From Ginglymostoma cirratum (taxonomy: Eukaryota): a stretch of 64,000 nucleotides of DNA. The stretch is from contig JAHRHZ010000066.1 in the NCBI GenBank assembly GCA_024137785.1, forward strand, positions 1,733,880 through 1,797,879, given 5' to 3'. The translations under genes and the position numbers were made by a program. Positions 1-12,869 of the stretch are shown in pieces (positions within the stretch are counted from its first letter, which is position 1; every line of letters starts with the position of its first letter). The notes under the pieces were generated by a model. It was not told the DNA's origin, did no database searches, and saw only the letters and a list, made by a program, of their open reading frames with translations.

Positions 1-254
1 AGAATGTCAGCCAGTTACTGATCAATACCACAGAATACCTACCAGTTTTAGAAAAGGTTACGATAATGTTGCATTTGTATTTGTATATTAAAACCACTGT
101 CATGGGTAGGTCTTTCTGTCAGCTCTACGTGCTACCATATATGTTAGGTTCTTACTTGGTTCTTTGTTAGCGAAGTTCTGCCTTTTAAAAAGCCTTTTGA
201 ATTACTTGTGAGCTTGGCGAACCTATAGCCAATTCTTGCTTCCTCAGTGACAAT

Positions 255-380
255 ACAACAGCCAATCAATTAACAAGTTTTTCTTCTGTGGTTATGATTT
301 GTTGTCATTCTTTGATGTTCTTGCATTTGTTCTGATGAGTGCAAAAAAAAGACTTTGGTAACGTGCCCTTTTTCACTAAT
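255..380 (+). repeat. Decayed repeat with hammerhead-like CTGATGAGTGCAA core (family B, copy 1)
   Basis: ttgcatttgttCTGATGAGTGCAA at 321-344 matches ttgcatctgccCTGATGAGTGCAA at 3004-3027; upstream sequence is also similar. Confidence 0.55.
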
Positions 381-442
381 GTTTGTATGCTAGAACCATT
401 GTGCTGTAACAATCCTTACTTCCATTTCCTGTGCAATTATAG

Positions 443-566
443 CAGGAGAGGGCAGCAGCCAAAGAAGTAAAACTCAAAACATCAAAGCGCACCATTGGAA
501 AAAACGAAGTAGCAGAACCAAGAGAAATGATTACTCCAGCACTTAAGAATGCACTTACAAAGCAAG
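443..566 (+). CDS. TYW1: TYW1 internal exon (QERAAAKEVK...EPREMITPALKNALTKQ-G); acceptor may be 443 or 446
   Basis: Acceptor attatag|CAG|GAG, donor CAAG|gtatgt at 567. MITPALKNALTKQG resembles vertebrate TYW1 MITPALREALTKQG; the phase-1 end joins the exon at 16842. Confidence 0.9.
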
Positions 567-739
567 GTATGTTTATTAAAAAATTACTTCTGCTTGATCA
601 GAAACCCTGTCTGTGTGGTTTTCCACATTGGAAACGTTTCAGGAACTTCTTCGTTCAAAGCCCAAAAGGAAATACTATTTTATACAAAAAATTAATCACC
701 TGTGGGGTTCTTGTGACCAGTTCAGTCTGTCTGATTCTG

Positions 740-910
740 TTGCTGTTCCTCTCTCTTATGCTCACATTTGCTCATGCTCTCTCTCGCTTTCTCTTTCTTG
801 TTCTTTGTTTTGTGCATTCTCTAGTGTGTGTGCTCACTGCTGTGTGCGCTGTCTTGTGCTCTCTCTTGCACACGCTCCCTTCCACGCTCTCTCGTAGCTC
901 TCTCTCTCCA
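740..910. repeat. Low-complexity CT/GT-rich degenerate microsatellite
   Basis: Runs of ctct, tgtg and gctc. Confidence 0.75.
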
Positions 911-1384
911 GCTAAATTATAGTCACAGGCTAGTCATTGTATATTTCTTAAGTTAGCGTTCCCTTGCATGGGGGATTGTCAGGAACTGTCTACAATGAAG
1001 TACGCAGTGAGAAAAGACTGCACAGCACAAAATTAACATACTTAGTCAGCATAGTTGTTAGTCTTACTTAAAAAAGATGACTAAATGGTTGATCTTAAGT
1101 CTTACAGCCCTCATTGGGATCTAGCATCTTAGCTTGCATTAATTTGTACTCTGCTTGTATTTATGGAAGTGTGTGTACTATCCAATGCTATTTTGTCTGA
1201 TCAAAAGTTATCTTGGCTTATTTATCTCCAATTCTTTCAGCTACGTACTGGCAATGTTTTAGACTCAGACTTTTCTCCCCCAGAAGTGTTTCTCAGGTTC
1301 TGATTCTTTAGGTAATGCAGGTGATATAGATGAGCACCTAAGGTAATTGATTAGAAATCCATTGGAAGGGACTTTTGTAGCATA

Positions 1385-1645
1385 CTATTAGTGTGTGTAC
1401 CTCCTGAGCTAGGAGGCTAGATTCAAGTTACACATGCTCAAGTGGTGTATAAAAAGATTTTTGATCTGGTTGACTTAAAAATATTTAGAAATCTATTGAG
1501 GTCTCCACAAGGGTTCAAATCCAGCCTATTTTGTACCTGGTCTTGTGGCGCAGTGGTAGTTTCCCTGTCTCTGAACAAGAAGCTTTGGGTTTAAGTCCTG
1601 CTGGAGGCATTTCATAATGTGTTGATTGACTTAAAAATATTTTTT
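1385..1645 (+). mobile_element. Two adjacent decayed short tRNA-derived SINE copies
   Basis: A box gtggcgcagtggtag (1545), B-box-like gggtttaagtcc; both copies end in ttgacttaaaaatattt; related to 51515-51625 and 60135-60250. Confidence 0.55.
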
Positions 1646-2934
1646 ATACAGCACCGATTGTTGTTTGTAGAATCAGTAACTTTAAGTGAGTAAATCTAAA
1701 CCTGACTAAAAATTGACTTCAAGTCTCTTCCAGAACTGGCTGCTGGGAGTTTAACTTCTGGAAGCATTCCATCAGGGCACAGTGCTTTTTCCATATTGAA
1801 TCCCAGTTCTAATTTCTACTTATCCTAGCTTAATTGTTACAGGTCATTTGTTATCCTTTCATTCCAAGCACCACTATTCTGAGACAAAAGAGGTGAGAGT
1901 ATGTCTTTAGTATACCTACCATTCTTTTGTATATTTATCATTGGCCATGCTTTTTCTTTAACTCTCATGCATTGTATTTATTGACACTGCCCTTGAATGT
2001 TGGCGTTTGTTACGTAACAGTTTTTATTTTCATGCACTCTTCACTTTTAAAATTTATCTTCTTTATTTTGCAAACTTTGTTTCATGTTGCTGTATTAACC
2101 ATAGATATGTCTCTTCCTAAACGTCCTTTTAAATTCTCTAACTATCCAGTAATTTTAGCTTTAGCTCCTCTATTTGTTTTCCTTACATTGAGAACCCGAA
2201 GCTTCTGGATGAACAATTTTTAATATTGTTTCTTTGTTGTCCTATCTTTTCAATTTATCTGGACCAATTTCCATTTTATTTAATTGGAAGGTTTTTGTAG
2301 TAAAGAACTTTTGTGTATGGTTACTTTGCTTTTCAGTTTTGAAATCAAACTTAATTGTGTCATGGTTGCTGTTTTCTAGATGTTTACTGTACTTCTAAGC
2401 ATTACTTGAACAAGACAGTAAGTAATGTCAAGTCTAATTTCCTAGAACCAAACTATCTCTTTTAGTGTTGGATCGAAATCTTGCTGATTTGGAAGACCTG
2501 CGGGACATGCAGTATACATTCCTCCCTCCTTCTTCTTTTTTAAGCCTCTCTTACTGTATCTGGCTTCGGATAATTAAATGCTTTAATTATTTTACCCTTT
2601 AGTTCCTGGATGTTTCTCTCCGTCCATATATCCTCTGCTGTGTCTCCATTCCCTTGGTTTCTCACCTCTGTATAATCTTGTATAGTGATGCTACACTCTA
2701 ATGGCTTTAATGCCCTTCCTATAATAGTGTGCCAAAACTTCTCAAGACTTCGTTGGTTACTTGGTAATAAAGAATTTGAGTATCTACATATATTCATATA
2801 CATAGAGCTGTCCTGTGAAAACAAAAAATACATGTTCAGGTATTGCATCTTTGTATTAACAAATTTGACAATGCATGGGAGACAATAGTTCCTTAAAACA
2901 TTTCTTCCTAACAATGTCTTGACATTTAAGTGTC

Positions 2935-3065
2935 TATTTGCTGACCGATCATCACTGTCTTCTCATGAGGTATAAATTGTTGCTCCCTTTAAATTTTACA
3001 TCCTTGCATCTGCCCTGATGAGTGCAAGTAGGAAAGCTTTCGTGTGTGTGTGTTTTAGCATTTCT
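2935..3065 (+). repeat. Repeat with hammerhead-like core CTGATGA-GTGCAAGTAG-GAAAGCTTTC (family B, copy 2)
   Basis: CTGATGA 3015-3021, GAAA 3032-3035, palindromic AAGCTT; homologous to the copy at 255-380. Confidence 0.55.
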
Positions 3066-5139
3066 CCAATGCTCTGTCGGAGGCTTGAAGACTTGAACTC
3101 GTTTAGATCTCCTTGTGCTTTTGCGTAATAATCTGTCAAGGAATTATATATTGGCAATCCTGGGTCTCCGTGTTTATCCCATACTTCAGCACCTTCCTTC
3201 TTCCTTACTCCCATAATCCTTGTCAGAATTTGATTGTCATCAGCATTTCTGTTTCACTTAATAAGTCTAGATCATTTGTATATACACTTTGAATCCACAG
3301 AGGAACAAAGAAATAAGAATTGATGATCTGTAAGCATTATTTTTAAACAGATTAAACAGGTGCAAGTTACACATTGCACATTTTTGAAATGTTTTCAGCC
3401 AGGCATTTAGTTCCCTATCAGAATTGTGAGCAGCAAATAAATTACTTCAGAGTAAATGCTGTATGCATAGATGCAAGTTGTATTATCTTCAATGATGAGA
3501 AAAATAAGAACAATAAAAGAGTGCTGGGACAAAATGTCAATTCTCATAGCCTGAATTTGATATCTAATTCACTGCATTGAGAGTACCTCATTGTAGATAG
3601 TTATGGTTCTTAGTGGATATGTGTGTTTGTATGAATGGGTTGAGTTACCTTTGTCGTGTATAGGACTGGATTTGTAAGTTGAAATATTTCTAGGCTGTTC
3701 TGTTTGCTGAGCACATCTACCCAATCAGTTACTAAACCACCGTGTACTGAAAAATCCTGGGTTTGATTTTTCTCAATAAAGCCGTTCATCCGAAATAGAG
3801 TAGTAATGTGGTGTTACAATTCATCCTGTTGCCCTTGATACAAGATGGGGAAAAAAGTGGCTGGGGTTCTTGCCCCAAATGGCTACGAGCTGATGTTGGA
3901 TGTTTGCATATCTGGGTACCTCTGAGGTGAGGTTTTGGTTTGGCTGAAATGTCTCGTGGTTGAATATCCTGTAGATAGTTACTGTCCTCTTTTATTGTAA
4001 ACTCTATTGTGTAGTCAGGAGTCACTGGCTGTGGAAGAGGAAGCAGAAAAAATGGACAGAAAATTGGTTTTAAAAATTCCAGTTGCTTAGAGATTGCTAA
4101 TTAACTGTGTGTCATGTAATCATGGGTTCCGGCATCTCTAGTTGAATGAATGCCCTTGCATTGCACTGAACTGATAATTACAGGTTCCACCAGCTGATGA
4201 GTCTGTCATCCAGAGCATCCCCAGATGAAGTAAGTGAATACTGACTGAATTCTGCTACCAGATTACAGACAGGTTAGATTTTCTGAATGTGCCTGTGTTT
4301 TTCTATATTTCTAATTCTCAGAATCCTGTTCTGCTTTGATGATTTCTGTTGTTCTATTTGCCAGCAATCATTGAGCTAAGAAGAGAAAAAAGTCTGATCA
4401 GGTTTCCTGCTCCAAGGTGCTTTCAAATGACCTCTTTCAAAACAGTCTTGGCAATTGAATACACTGCCAACATTTTGAGTTCTAGGAAAAATTGTCTGAA
4501 GATTGTATCCATAGCATGTTCTCTGGCTTTCGGAAATAAATGACAAGGCAAGATAAAATAAATTGTCCCTTTGTAAAAATGAAAATGGACTTAGAATGTT
4601 TAATATATCATTGCTGACATAAAATATTAGATACGGAATCTTGCCAGATCAACATGCATTGTCTTCCTAATTGGTATTGAAATTTATTTGTTGTGCTCCT
4701 TTTCCACTGTCATCCGGGTAGAATGTTTAATGAGACAGTCTAGTTTTGCCTCATAGAGTTTCAGCAAGTTATCTTACCTTTCAAAGGACAATGCCGCTGG
4801 GTTAACAAAAAACAGGTGGTAGCTCAAAAATTAGTACAACATGAATGCCCAAAAATTTGAAACAAGATTATTTCAAAATAAACCTTCTTACACACTTGCC
4901 AAATTCTTGAAGTAGAATTAACGCTGGGTTTGTGTTCTTTTAAATTGTGCATCTTCTGAATAACTTTAAACAAAATTCCTCAAATCCACCTGAAGTTCTA
5001 CAGTGGCAACTGCCTCATATGGACTAAGCAGACACAGGATATTTCTGATTTCACCTGCTATTTCTGCTGATCTCAGCTAAAGTTTTGATGGAGATGAAAA
5101 GAAGGAAGATTCAAATCTGCAATGTTTAAAGTACTGCAG

Positions 5140-5515
5140 TTGTTCTGCACCATGTGTTGCTCACCCGTCAACCTCGTTCTTATTGATGTGCATCATCTTC
5201 CCTTCCACTTGCAGTAAACTAAGTCCTGCTTCTTTATATCATTTGCACATCCCATTGCTGCAATTTCCTGCTGCCCTCTAATCCCCTTCTCTCTCTACCA
5301 TGTTCCCCTGAAGACAGCATTTTCTACATTTTCTTCCTTTGCAGTTAGTAACAAACTTTCTGCTGCTTCGGTCTTCCTCTCTGAAGTTCACTCCCTAAAC
5401 CTTACTGTTCCACTTTACTTTTTTGAAAGAAAACTTCCTCAGAACTCTCTTTTTCAGTTATCTTTCTGTCTACCATTTTAAGCAATTAAATGTCTGATAT
5501 AAATGTAAGTTGTTG
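5140..5515 (+). mobile_element. Decayed L2-like LINE 3' end
   Basis: Pyrimidine-rich body ending tataaatgtaagttgttgt, an L2-type tail. Confidence 0.45.
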
Positions 5516-6556
5516 TAATGGGCAGGTTTCCCAAACACAACCCATTCATTATAAATAATAAGACCCATGCATACTTGTGGTATAAGGAAGAGGTTTTTCA
5601 ACTGATCGATTGATTATAATTCCAGCTGATGTTATTACTGGACGAGTCAGACTGACATCTGGCTTGATAGATCATATTTTTCTATTTTTTAGCTTAATGT
5701 GATGGCCTTTCACTGAAACACAAGCATTCATGCTGCAGATTTGGCCAAAGTAAAACGAGCTATTTATATATGACAATTTTGGAAGGTTTTAAATAAAAAT
5801 GCACTATTCCTTCTATCCCAACAGTATTCTTTTGTAGTACTTTTGCAACACCAGGAAGAATTCCCTTTATCACATTTATAGATTTAACTTAACTGTTGCT
5901 TTCAAGCCCCAGTCTTGAGAGAGTGATAGCCTCTTTCTTGAGTTAAGTCTTTCATGGCTTCAGATCATCCCTGCACGGTTATAACCAAACAATTTTTTGA
6001 TCTGGAATTTTCAAACTTGCATCCTTAGACTGAAATAATTATTATATAATTTTCTGAGCTAACACCTTTATTCTTTACCACCTATCCAAATTCTTCAGTT
6101 AGGACTTATGCAAACTGAAACCAAAAGCTTCCTGAACTGTGCTAGCTTCTCCTAACAAAAACAAAAACAATCCTCTGATCTTTCAAACTGAAAACAGGCT
6201 AATGCTCTTTAGTGATACTCTTGTATGCTAGTTGAACTCTTCGATGCTAACAAAATCCTATTGCTATTCCAGAACTCCCTCTTTCATACTTATTTTTAAA
6301 GAAAAGCAAAGCTGCGGCTTCAGACATACTGATGAGTTAACCTTTAAACTCCCTTATACAAAGGGACCAAAACCCATATGTCACTAATCAAATTGCAAGC
6401 TGTCAACCAAATGACATTAAAATATATATAACTTACACAGCACGTATCACACATTTCATCTGCATTAGTTGCAGTTTATACATATAGGATTGTCTAAGAT
6501 CTTCATTTTATATTATGGAAAAGAGGCAATGTTATCAAAGGAGGCATGAACTATAA

Positions 6557-6867
6557 GGGTGGTACGGTGGCTCAGTGGTTAGCACTGCTGTCCCACAGCA
6601 CCTGGAACCCGGGTTCGATTCCAGCCTCGGGGTGACTGTCTGTCTGGAGTTTGCACATTCTCCCCGTGTCTGTGTGAGTTTCCTCCCACAGTCCAAAGAT
6701 GTGCAGGTTAGCTGGATTTGGCTGTGCTAAATTGCCCATAGTGTTCAGGGTGGGAAATGCAGAGATAGGGTAGGGGATGAGTCTGGGTGGGATGCTGTTT
6801 GGAGGGGTGGTGTGGACTCAATGGACCAAATGGCCTGCTTCTACGCTGGTAGGGATTCTATGATGAT
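6557..6867 (+). mobile_element. Full-length tRNA-derived V-SINE (HE1-like) with CR1-type tail
   Basis: A box TGGCTCAGTGG, B box GGTTCGATTCC, V-domain ctgtctggagtttgcacattctccccgtgtctg, tail gaccaaatggcctgcttct...attctatgat. Confidence 0.9.
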
Positions 6868-9800
6868 GAAAAAGTAGAAATTGAACACACACTCTATTCT
6901 CCTCTTTCATGTTTCCTCACTCATTTAATGAACACAGATTGCTTTCAGCTCTTTCTTGCCTTTGTGCTTCCCACAAGGAACACAATCTGCCTATTTAATT
7001 AAAAGGATCTGATCCCTCCTTAAAATGATTATAATCTCACAATGATGCATTGAATCTAAGTAAAATCATACAAAATGTTTTAAAACTGTTGTGTATCGAT
7101 CATCATTTGGGAGGCCCTTTCACGGATCCCAAATAGATTGCAAGTTGTGTAGGGGAAGAGCACCATCTGAGATGTCAGGAAATGTAAATGGATAAACCTT
7201 CATGTTCTTTATCCCCACCTGATACTATCCCAGGACCTGTTTAAAAGGTCCCTCTGTACTTGCCTAGACATGCTAAGGTCCTGCCTTTGTGTAGAGGGTC
7301 CAAAGGAAAGGACTGCTGGAGACAGCAATTGCAGCATGAGATGGTAAATTGTGCGCGTCTCTCACTGTCACCAAGACAATAATGAAATTTTCACCAGCTA
7401 TTTGATAAATTGCTCATTTTCACTTCTACCCACATTCTCAATGATTTTAAAATATTTGACAATTCTTAACTGGGAGGTCTCAAATTTATATTATTGAGGT
7501 TGTGGAGCAGTAGGAAAAAAACTGTTTTAAAATCTGCACACGTGCCGTATCTGACAGAATAATGTCTTACATTTTCTAGTAATGACAACCCTCGTGCTGA
7601 GAGCAAAAAAACATCGAAAGTGTACGTTTGTGGTAAAGTTATTTATACTGACCTCTTAGTCTTGTTAATTAAAGAAAAACATCAGCCAGTTGCAAATGTG
7701 ACAAGTATTGCAGCATTTGTGGATGTTTATCTCCCTGAATATGAATTAGAATAAGCTGCGACTGATATGCGAACAAATGATTTTTGATGGTCATTTGCAT
7801 GATTGCATGCGCACCTGGAAATTGTCATTACAGATGAGAAATTCTTTACCACAAACAGCTAACAGCTGTTAAGTGTTGTTATCCAATGTATCCCTTTCAA
7901 ACCTGACAATCGTGGCTTAAGAAAATAAGACATTTTTATTTTGCATAGCGCAATGATTGATTTACGTTTATATTTAATATGTTAGGATCATTAGGCTCCC
8001 ATCTTCTAAAGACTTAAGGTTCAGTATCTCTTAATTTATCCTTCATCCTTCACTAAGTGTTCCTGGTAAATGCGAAGCTGTTACCAACAAAGTTGAACAA
8101 ATACTGATCGTATTTCAAGGACATGTGACTGTAAATCAAAAAAAAAGACTGAGTCTTGATAAATCATTACTGAGACTATGTTTTGGGGCCCTTGCCTTTA
8201 GAAAATCATTGTTCAGGAGTTTTGGAGAACAACAGCAATGAAGTGTTGGGTTATGGAACTTCATGGTATGAGGAGCGATTTGCAGATGTAAGTTTAAGGA
8301 GATATTTTTGAAAGGTAGAAAACATATGACTGAGCAAGCTATATGATGGGCTGTGAACACACAATTTGAGTACACAGCTTTAAATTCATAAATCATGAGT
8401 AAAAGCAGTTGGAGATTAGGATCAATCTTTTTCTGAAGTCCTGCCATTCAACATATTTAGAAAGTATCTGGCTAAATATTTGGTTAATATCAGTGTGAGA
8501 TTTGAATAGATCATGATGCAGAAATAATCAAACCAATCGATAAATTAAAATTGAGATAATCTTTATTTTCTGTTGAAATTGTCAACAAAGAAGTTCATGG
8601 TCCAGTGTAATCTACTTTGAATTAGTATGTAGATGCTGACAATAGCTGTGCATTTAAGCCGAGTAACTGTTACTGCTTGATTAAGTACATAGGGAATCTG
8701 CAAAATGGACTACTTGGGAAAGCTACAGAAGTTTCTGCTTCTGCTTTCGTTGTGATGGCACTGCAGACTAACAACTGTATACTGCCAATGTTTACATGAT
8801 TGGCACAGCCGAACCAGACATACCATGTTGACATAGTAGTCTCAATAATTTACTTGAAAAAATGTCGATCTGGAAATGATCCAAAGACGACTGTTGAACA
8901 TTTCCAAGTGATAGGATGGTGAGTGTTTCCTATGGCAGTTTCTGTAATTTTGACATTGTTCTTGGAAAGAAAAATCATTGGAAACAAATGGTCACTTTGC
9001 AGTTTGTGTGGACGGCTACCTTGTGTGTTTTTCTGTTGCCGTTGTTTCTGTTGATTCTCAACATGCTTTATATAACATGGTCGGTCAGTCAGTCTATTTT
9101 TCTTCCTCCTTTGCTTTAGTGATTCCATTCCAGTCGTTTGATCAGGGGTGTGACCCTGGTGTGGTTTGTACTGAATTGTTCAGCTTGATGTTTTTGGATT
9201 GTTGCAATCTTATTTATGCTCACATGCAACTTGCATACTCCTAGGAATGGATGAACAAACGTTTGAACTACAAGTCTCATATTCTTCTTGTAATATCAAT
9301 GAGGCCACGTCAGAATCTTGGGAATCCTACTTGTTTCAGATGCAGTCTATGCTGGGAACATGTGAAATCCCCATGAAGAGTATTTTCTTGGCTATGTTTA
9401 TACGTCTTGGAGCTATCTATTGGGTGAATCCTAATTAGCGACAGACGTCACAGAGCAATTTTTAGAGTTGATTGCCATCTCCCATGAGCTGAAGCTTCTC
9501 ATGTGGAAACATTTAAAGAAAAAATAGATATTTAATGTAGCAGGTAGGAGAGAGGCATTTTGGAACTGGCCAAACAGAATCTTTGTTGCTGCTGTGCTTT
9601 CCAGCGTTACTACAACTTCTTAAAAACTCGTGTCTCTTTGACCCGAGTACTCATTTTCCTTTCCTTCATTGCCTCTTCACCCTCTACCTCATTGTTAATA
9701 AAACTACCTTCTAGAGTCTGCCAAATTTTGGCAATGTGTGTCATGACTTTATCAACACTAACCTTTATCGCTGCTTGCTCCTTATTTCCTTCCGTTTTAT

Positions 9801-10854
9801 AAAATAACTTCACTCATTTATCCATGTAATTAAAAGTTTTACATCTGCCAAATAGCCATAGGATATGGGAAATGTCTGTGGTGTGCAAAGCATGCCAATT
9901 AACTCAGTTGTGATGTTGACTAAAAATCTGCCAGTCGAAAGCCGCTCTCTATCAAGTGGGCCATAGTAATTGATCTAAAACTCCTAATCAGAAATCACTA
10001 GCTATAAAGAGAAAATGATTACCAAATCTGATAGAAAATAATTCTGTAAAGTTACAACCGAAATGCTAATCTTCAGTCATCACAGAAGTGTCTAGTTAAA
10101 CAACTAAGATATTATGTTCTCTTGACTGGCCATATTGTTTCCTTTCAAAACTTCTTTGTGCTACTGAAGTCTAAAATAAGACCATAGTGGAAATGGTGAC
10201 CAAATTTCGTACTGCAGGTTTCCCTTTAATTTTGGTAAGTTTACATAGCAATTCTGTGAAGAGAAGCAAATGATAATGATTCAGTCTTGTTCTTTTCATC
10301 GAATAAACTTTTGTTTCAAACATTGCAAAATAGAACAATCTTTGTCTGTACAGTCTCCCTCTTACAGACAGGTTTGCCTCCTAGATATAATACATTTCTT
10401 GCTCCTCTTCTTCCTTCTCCATCATCAAGCTCACGTGCCAATTTCCTCCATCCATGTCGCAAACTATAGGTAGTGCATTACCATCACCTACCTTTGCTGC
10501 TATAATGAAGTAGAAATAACGCATGCTGTTTATGTATGGTTGTGGACTTAGTGCTTAATAATGAAAAATGTATTAATTCAGAGCGCTCAGTAGTATGATT
10601 CGTGTGAATTTGATTTTGATGGCACATTTCAAATTGGGTTTTTTTTTTTAAAAAGCACCAGTGCAAACCCTAAAGTGTAAATATGCGTGCTTTGAGCCAT
10701 GTTATCATCAGTGTTCAAAGGTTGCCATGGCAATGCATTTTTCTAACATGGATTTTATTTAAAACAATGTGCTAATTACAAAAAGTAGTGAAACTCTTTT
10801 TAAAACTGACTTTAGAATGCCTATGTGCTCGCAAAGATGTTGACTGTCAATAGA

Positions 10855-12130
10855 CTCATAGGAACTTGCCATGCAGCCTTTTGAGCCTAATCCACCATTC
10901 AATATGATCATGGTTGATCATCCAACGCAGTACTTTGGAGTTCAGTGCAACCTGGAAGAATAGCACCTCTTTCTGTCCCTGGGGAATCCTGCAGCCTTCT
11001 GGACTCAATATCGAGTCCAAATTTGGGGCGCTCCCATGTCCGTACCCCAAACTCCACAACCAAGCCTGTTATCACATAGTCTACCATTACACAATACTTA
11101 TTGTTATTTACTAACCGGCCGCATTAACAGCTATTCACCCTCCTAGCCAGATGGTTGCCCACTCCTTTGTCTAACTGCTCTTCTCTCTCTTTGAATTCCT
11201 TGTGCCCCCGCCCCCCCCCAAAACCATCTTCTACATATAAACCAATATTTTCCTAGTTACCATCAGTTCTGAGGAAAGGTCACTTGACCCGAAACATTAA
11301 CTTTACAGATGCTGCCAGACCTGCTGAGCTTTTCCAGCAATTTCTATTTTTGTATCCAACTCAGTACCCTGTTTCCATGTTCTCCTCATTCTCTTTTATC
11401 TGTTTAGCCCAAAGAACTATATCTGAATCCTTCTTGAAAACATTTTAACTGTAATGGCCTCAGCTACTTTGTGCGATGGAGAATTTCACAGGCTCACCTC
11501 TTGGGTTGAAGAAATTTCTGCTCACCTCAGTCTTAAATAACCTGCCCCGAATCCTTTGACTGTGACTGTGTTACCTGATTATGGATTTCCTGGTCATTAG
11601 GAACTTCCTTTTGGCACATACCTTGTCTAATCTTCTTCAAATTTTATAGGGTGAGATCCCTCTTATTCTTGTAAACTCCAGTGTACATAGTCCTAACCAA
11701 TCTAGCCTATCTTCATATCTCAGTCTTGCCATCCCAGGAATCAGCCTGGTAAACCTTCATTGCGCTCCCTACATAGCCAGAACATCCAAACCTGCGTACA
11801 GTGCTCCAGTGGAATCAACTTGCTGCAATTTTTCAGGACCTTTATCCCTGCTCCTCTACTAGAATCCTCTTGCCATGCAGGCCAACATACCATTTTCTTC
11901 ATCACTGTCACCTGCACCTGCATGCTAACTAATTAGTGACTGGTATACTGGGACACCCAGGTCTCGTTGCACTTCCCCTTTTTCCCAATTTATCACCATT
12001 CCGGTAATAAGCTGCCTTCCTGTTTTTGCAACTAAAGTGAATAACCTCATTATCCACTTCATACTCATCTGCTATGATTTGCCCACTCGCCGAACATGTC
12101 AAAATTACTTTGAATCCATCTTCTCGCATC
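10855..12130 (-). mobile_element. CR1 LINE 3' portion (RT C-terminus and tail), interrupted by a Penelope insertion
   Basis: Reverse CR1 tail ccaccattcaatatgatcatggttgatc at ~10890, resuming after 11354; minus-strand KYEVDNEVIHF resembles CR1 KCEVIHFG. Confidence 0.8.
10934..11353 (+). mobile_element. 5'-truncated Penelope-like element: GIY-YIG C-terminus plus terminal repeat with minimal hammerhead
   Basis: Decayed QCNLEE*HLFLSLG/ILQPSGLNIE; CTGAGGA...GAAAC at 11269-11295; flanked by atccaacgcagtac (10920-10933) and atccaactcagtac (11354-11367), 13/14 identical. Confidence 0.85.
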
Positions 12131-12869
12131 TTGCCCTCCCACACAGCTTCAGTAGTGAGATTTAAGTCTTCGTTATGGTGCTGTTTGATCCAGCCAAGGT
12201 TGATGGTGAAAATTAGAGAAGATGCAGACATTGACGGGTTGGTTTTCTCTTCCATTATGTGTATAAGACATGCTTCCTGCACTCTTGTATCGGCAATAAC
12301 ATGATGACGGTTGTGTTTTCTTGAGCCTGTAGTATACTTAAAATTCAGAATGTCTAAGCAGCCTCACAAAAAGGTATCTTCTTTGTCAGAAAAATCACCA
12401 TGGATTCTTTGCCTATTTTAATTAGGTTGCATGATAAATCTTGAGAATAACCCTAACTTCATACCCTTTACATATTTCTGATATAGAGATGATATGTAAG
12501 CTGTATGCGAATCTGCAACAGCATGTAGGAATTTCCTTGTGTGACTTAATGGGCTTCCATCTGTGCTCCAATTCACCTTTTGAAATGGAGCAGTCAGATG
12601 AACTCTTACTACTTTATTGAACAATCAGCCAGGGACTTCTTTGACTATCGACTGCAAACCTACCTTCATTGATTGATCTCTGGTTTGGGATTCCCACCAC
12701 GACCTGCCCTGTAAATCTGGCCTGATCAGCAACCTCTTAAATAGGTTTGAACAATGTGTAAACTTGCTGTGGAAATAGGACGTTTCAAAATCATCCCGTG
12801 GGGTAATGACTATCTTAATAAGATTATTGTTTCAGTATATATCACGCAATCATTACTTGATCAATACAT

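Noticed and set aside
527-922. 131-aa ORF beginning MITPALK
   Set aside because: Only the first 13 codons are TYW1 exon; the rest is read-through past the 567 donor into low-complexity intron.
4194-4232. CTGATGA-gtctg...cagat-GAAG hammerhead-like motif
   Set aside because: GAAG instead of GAAA, and no convincing stems I or III.
6557-6630. Possible tRNA gene (A and B boxes)
   Set aside because: Continues into the V-domain and CR1 tail with no poly-T terminator; it is a SINE head, as are the other tRNA-like segments.
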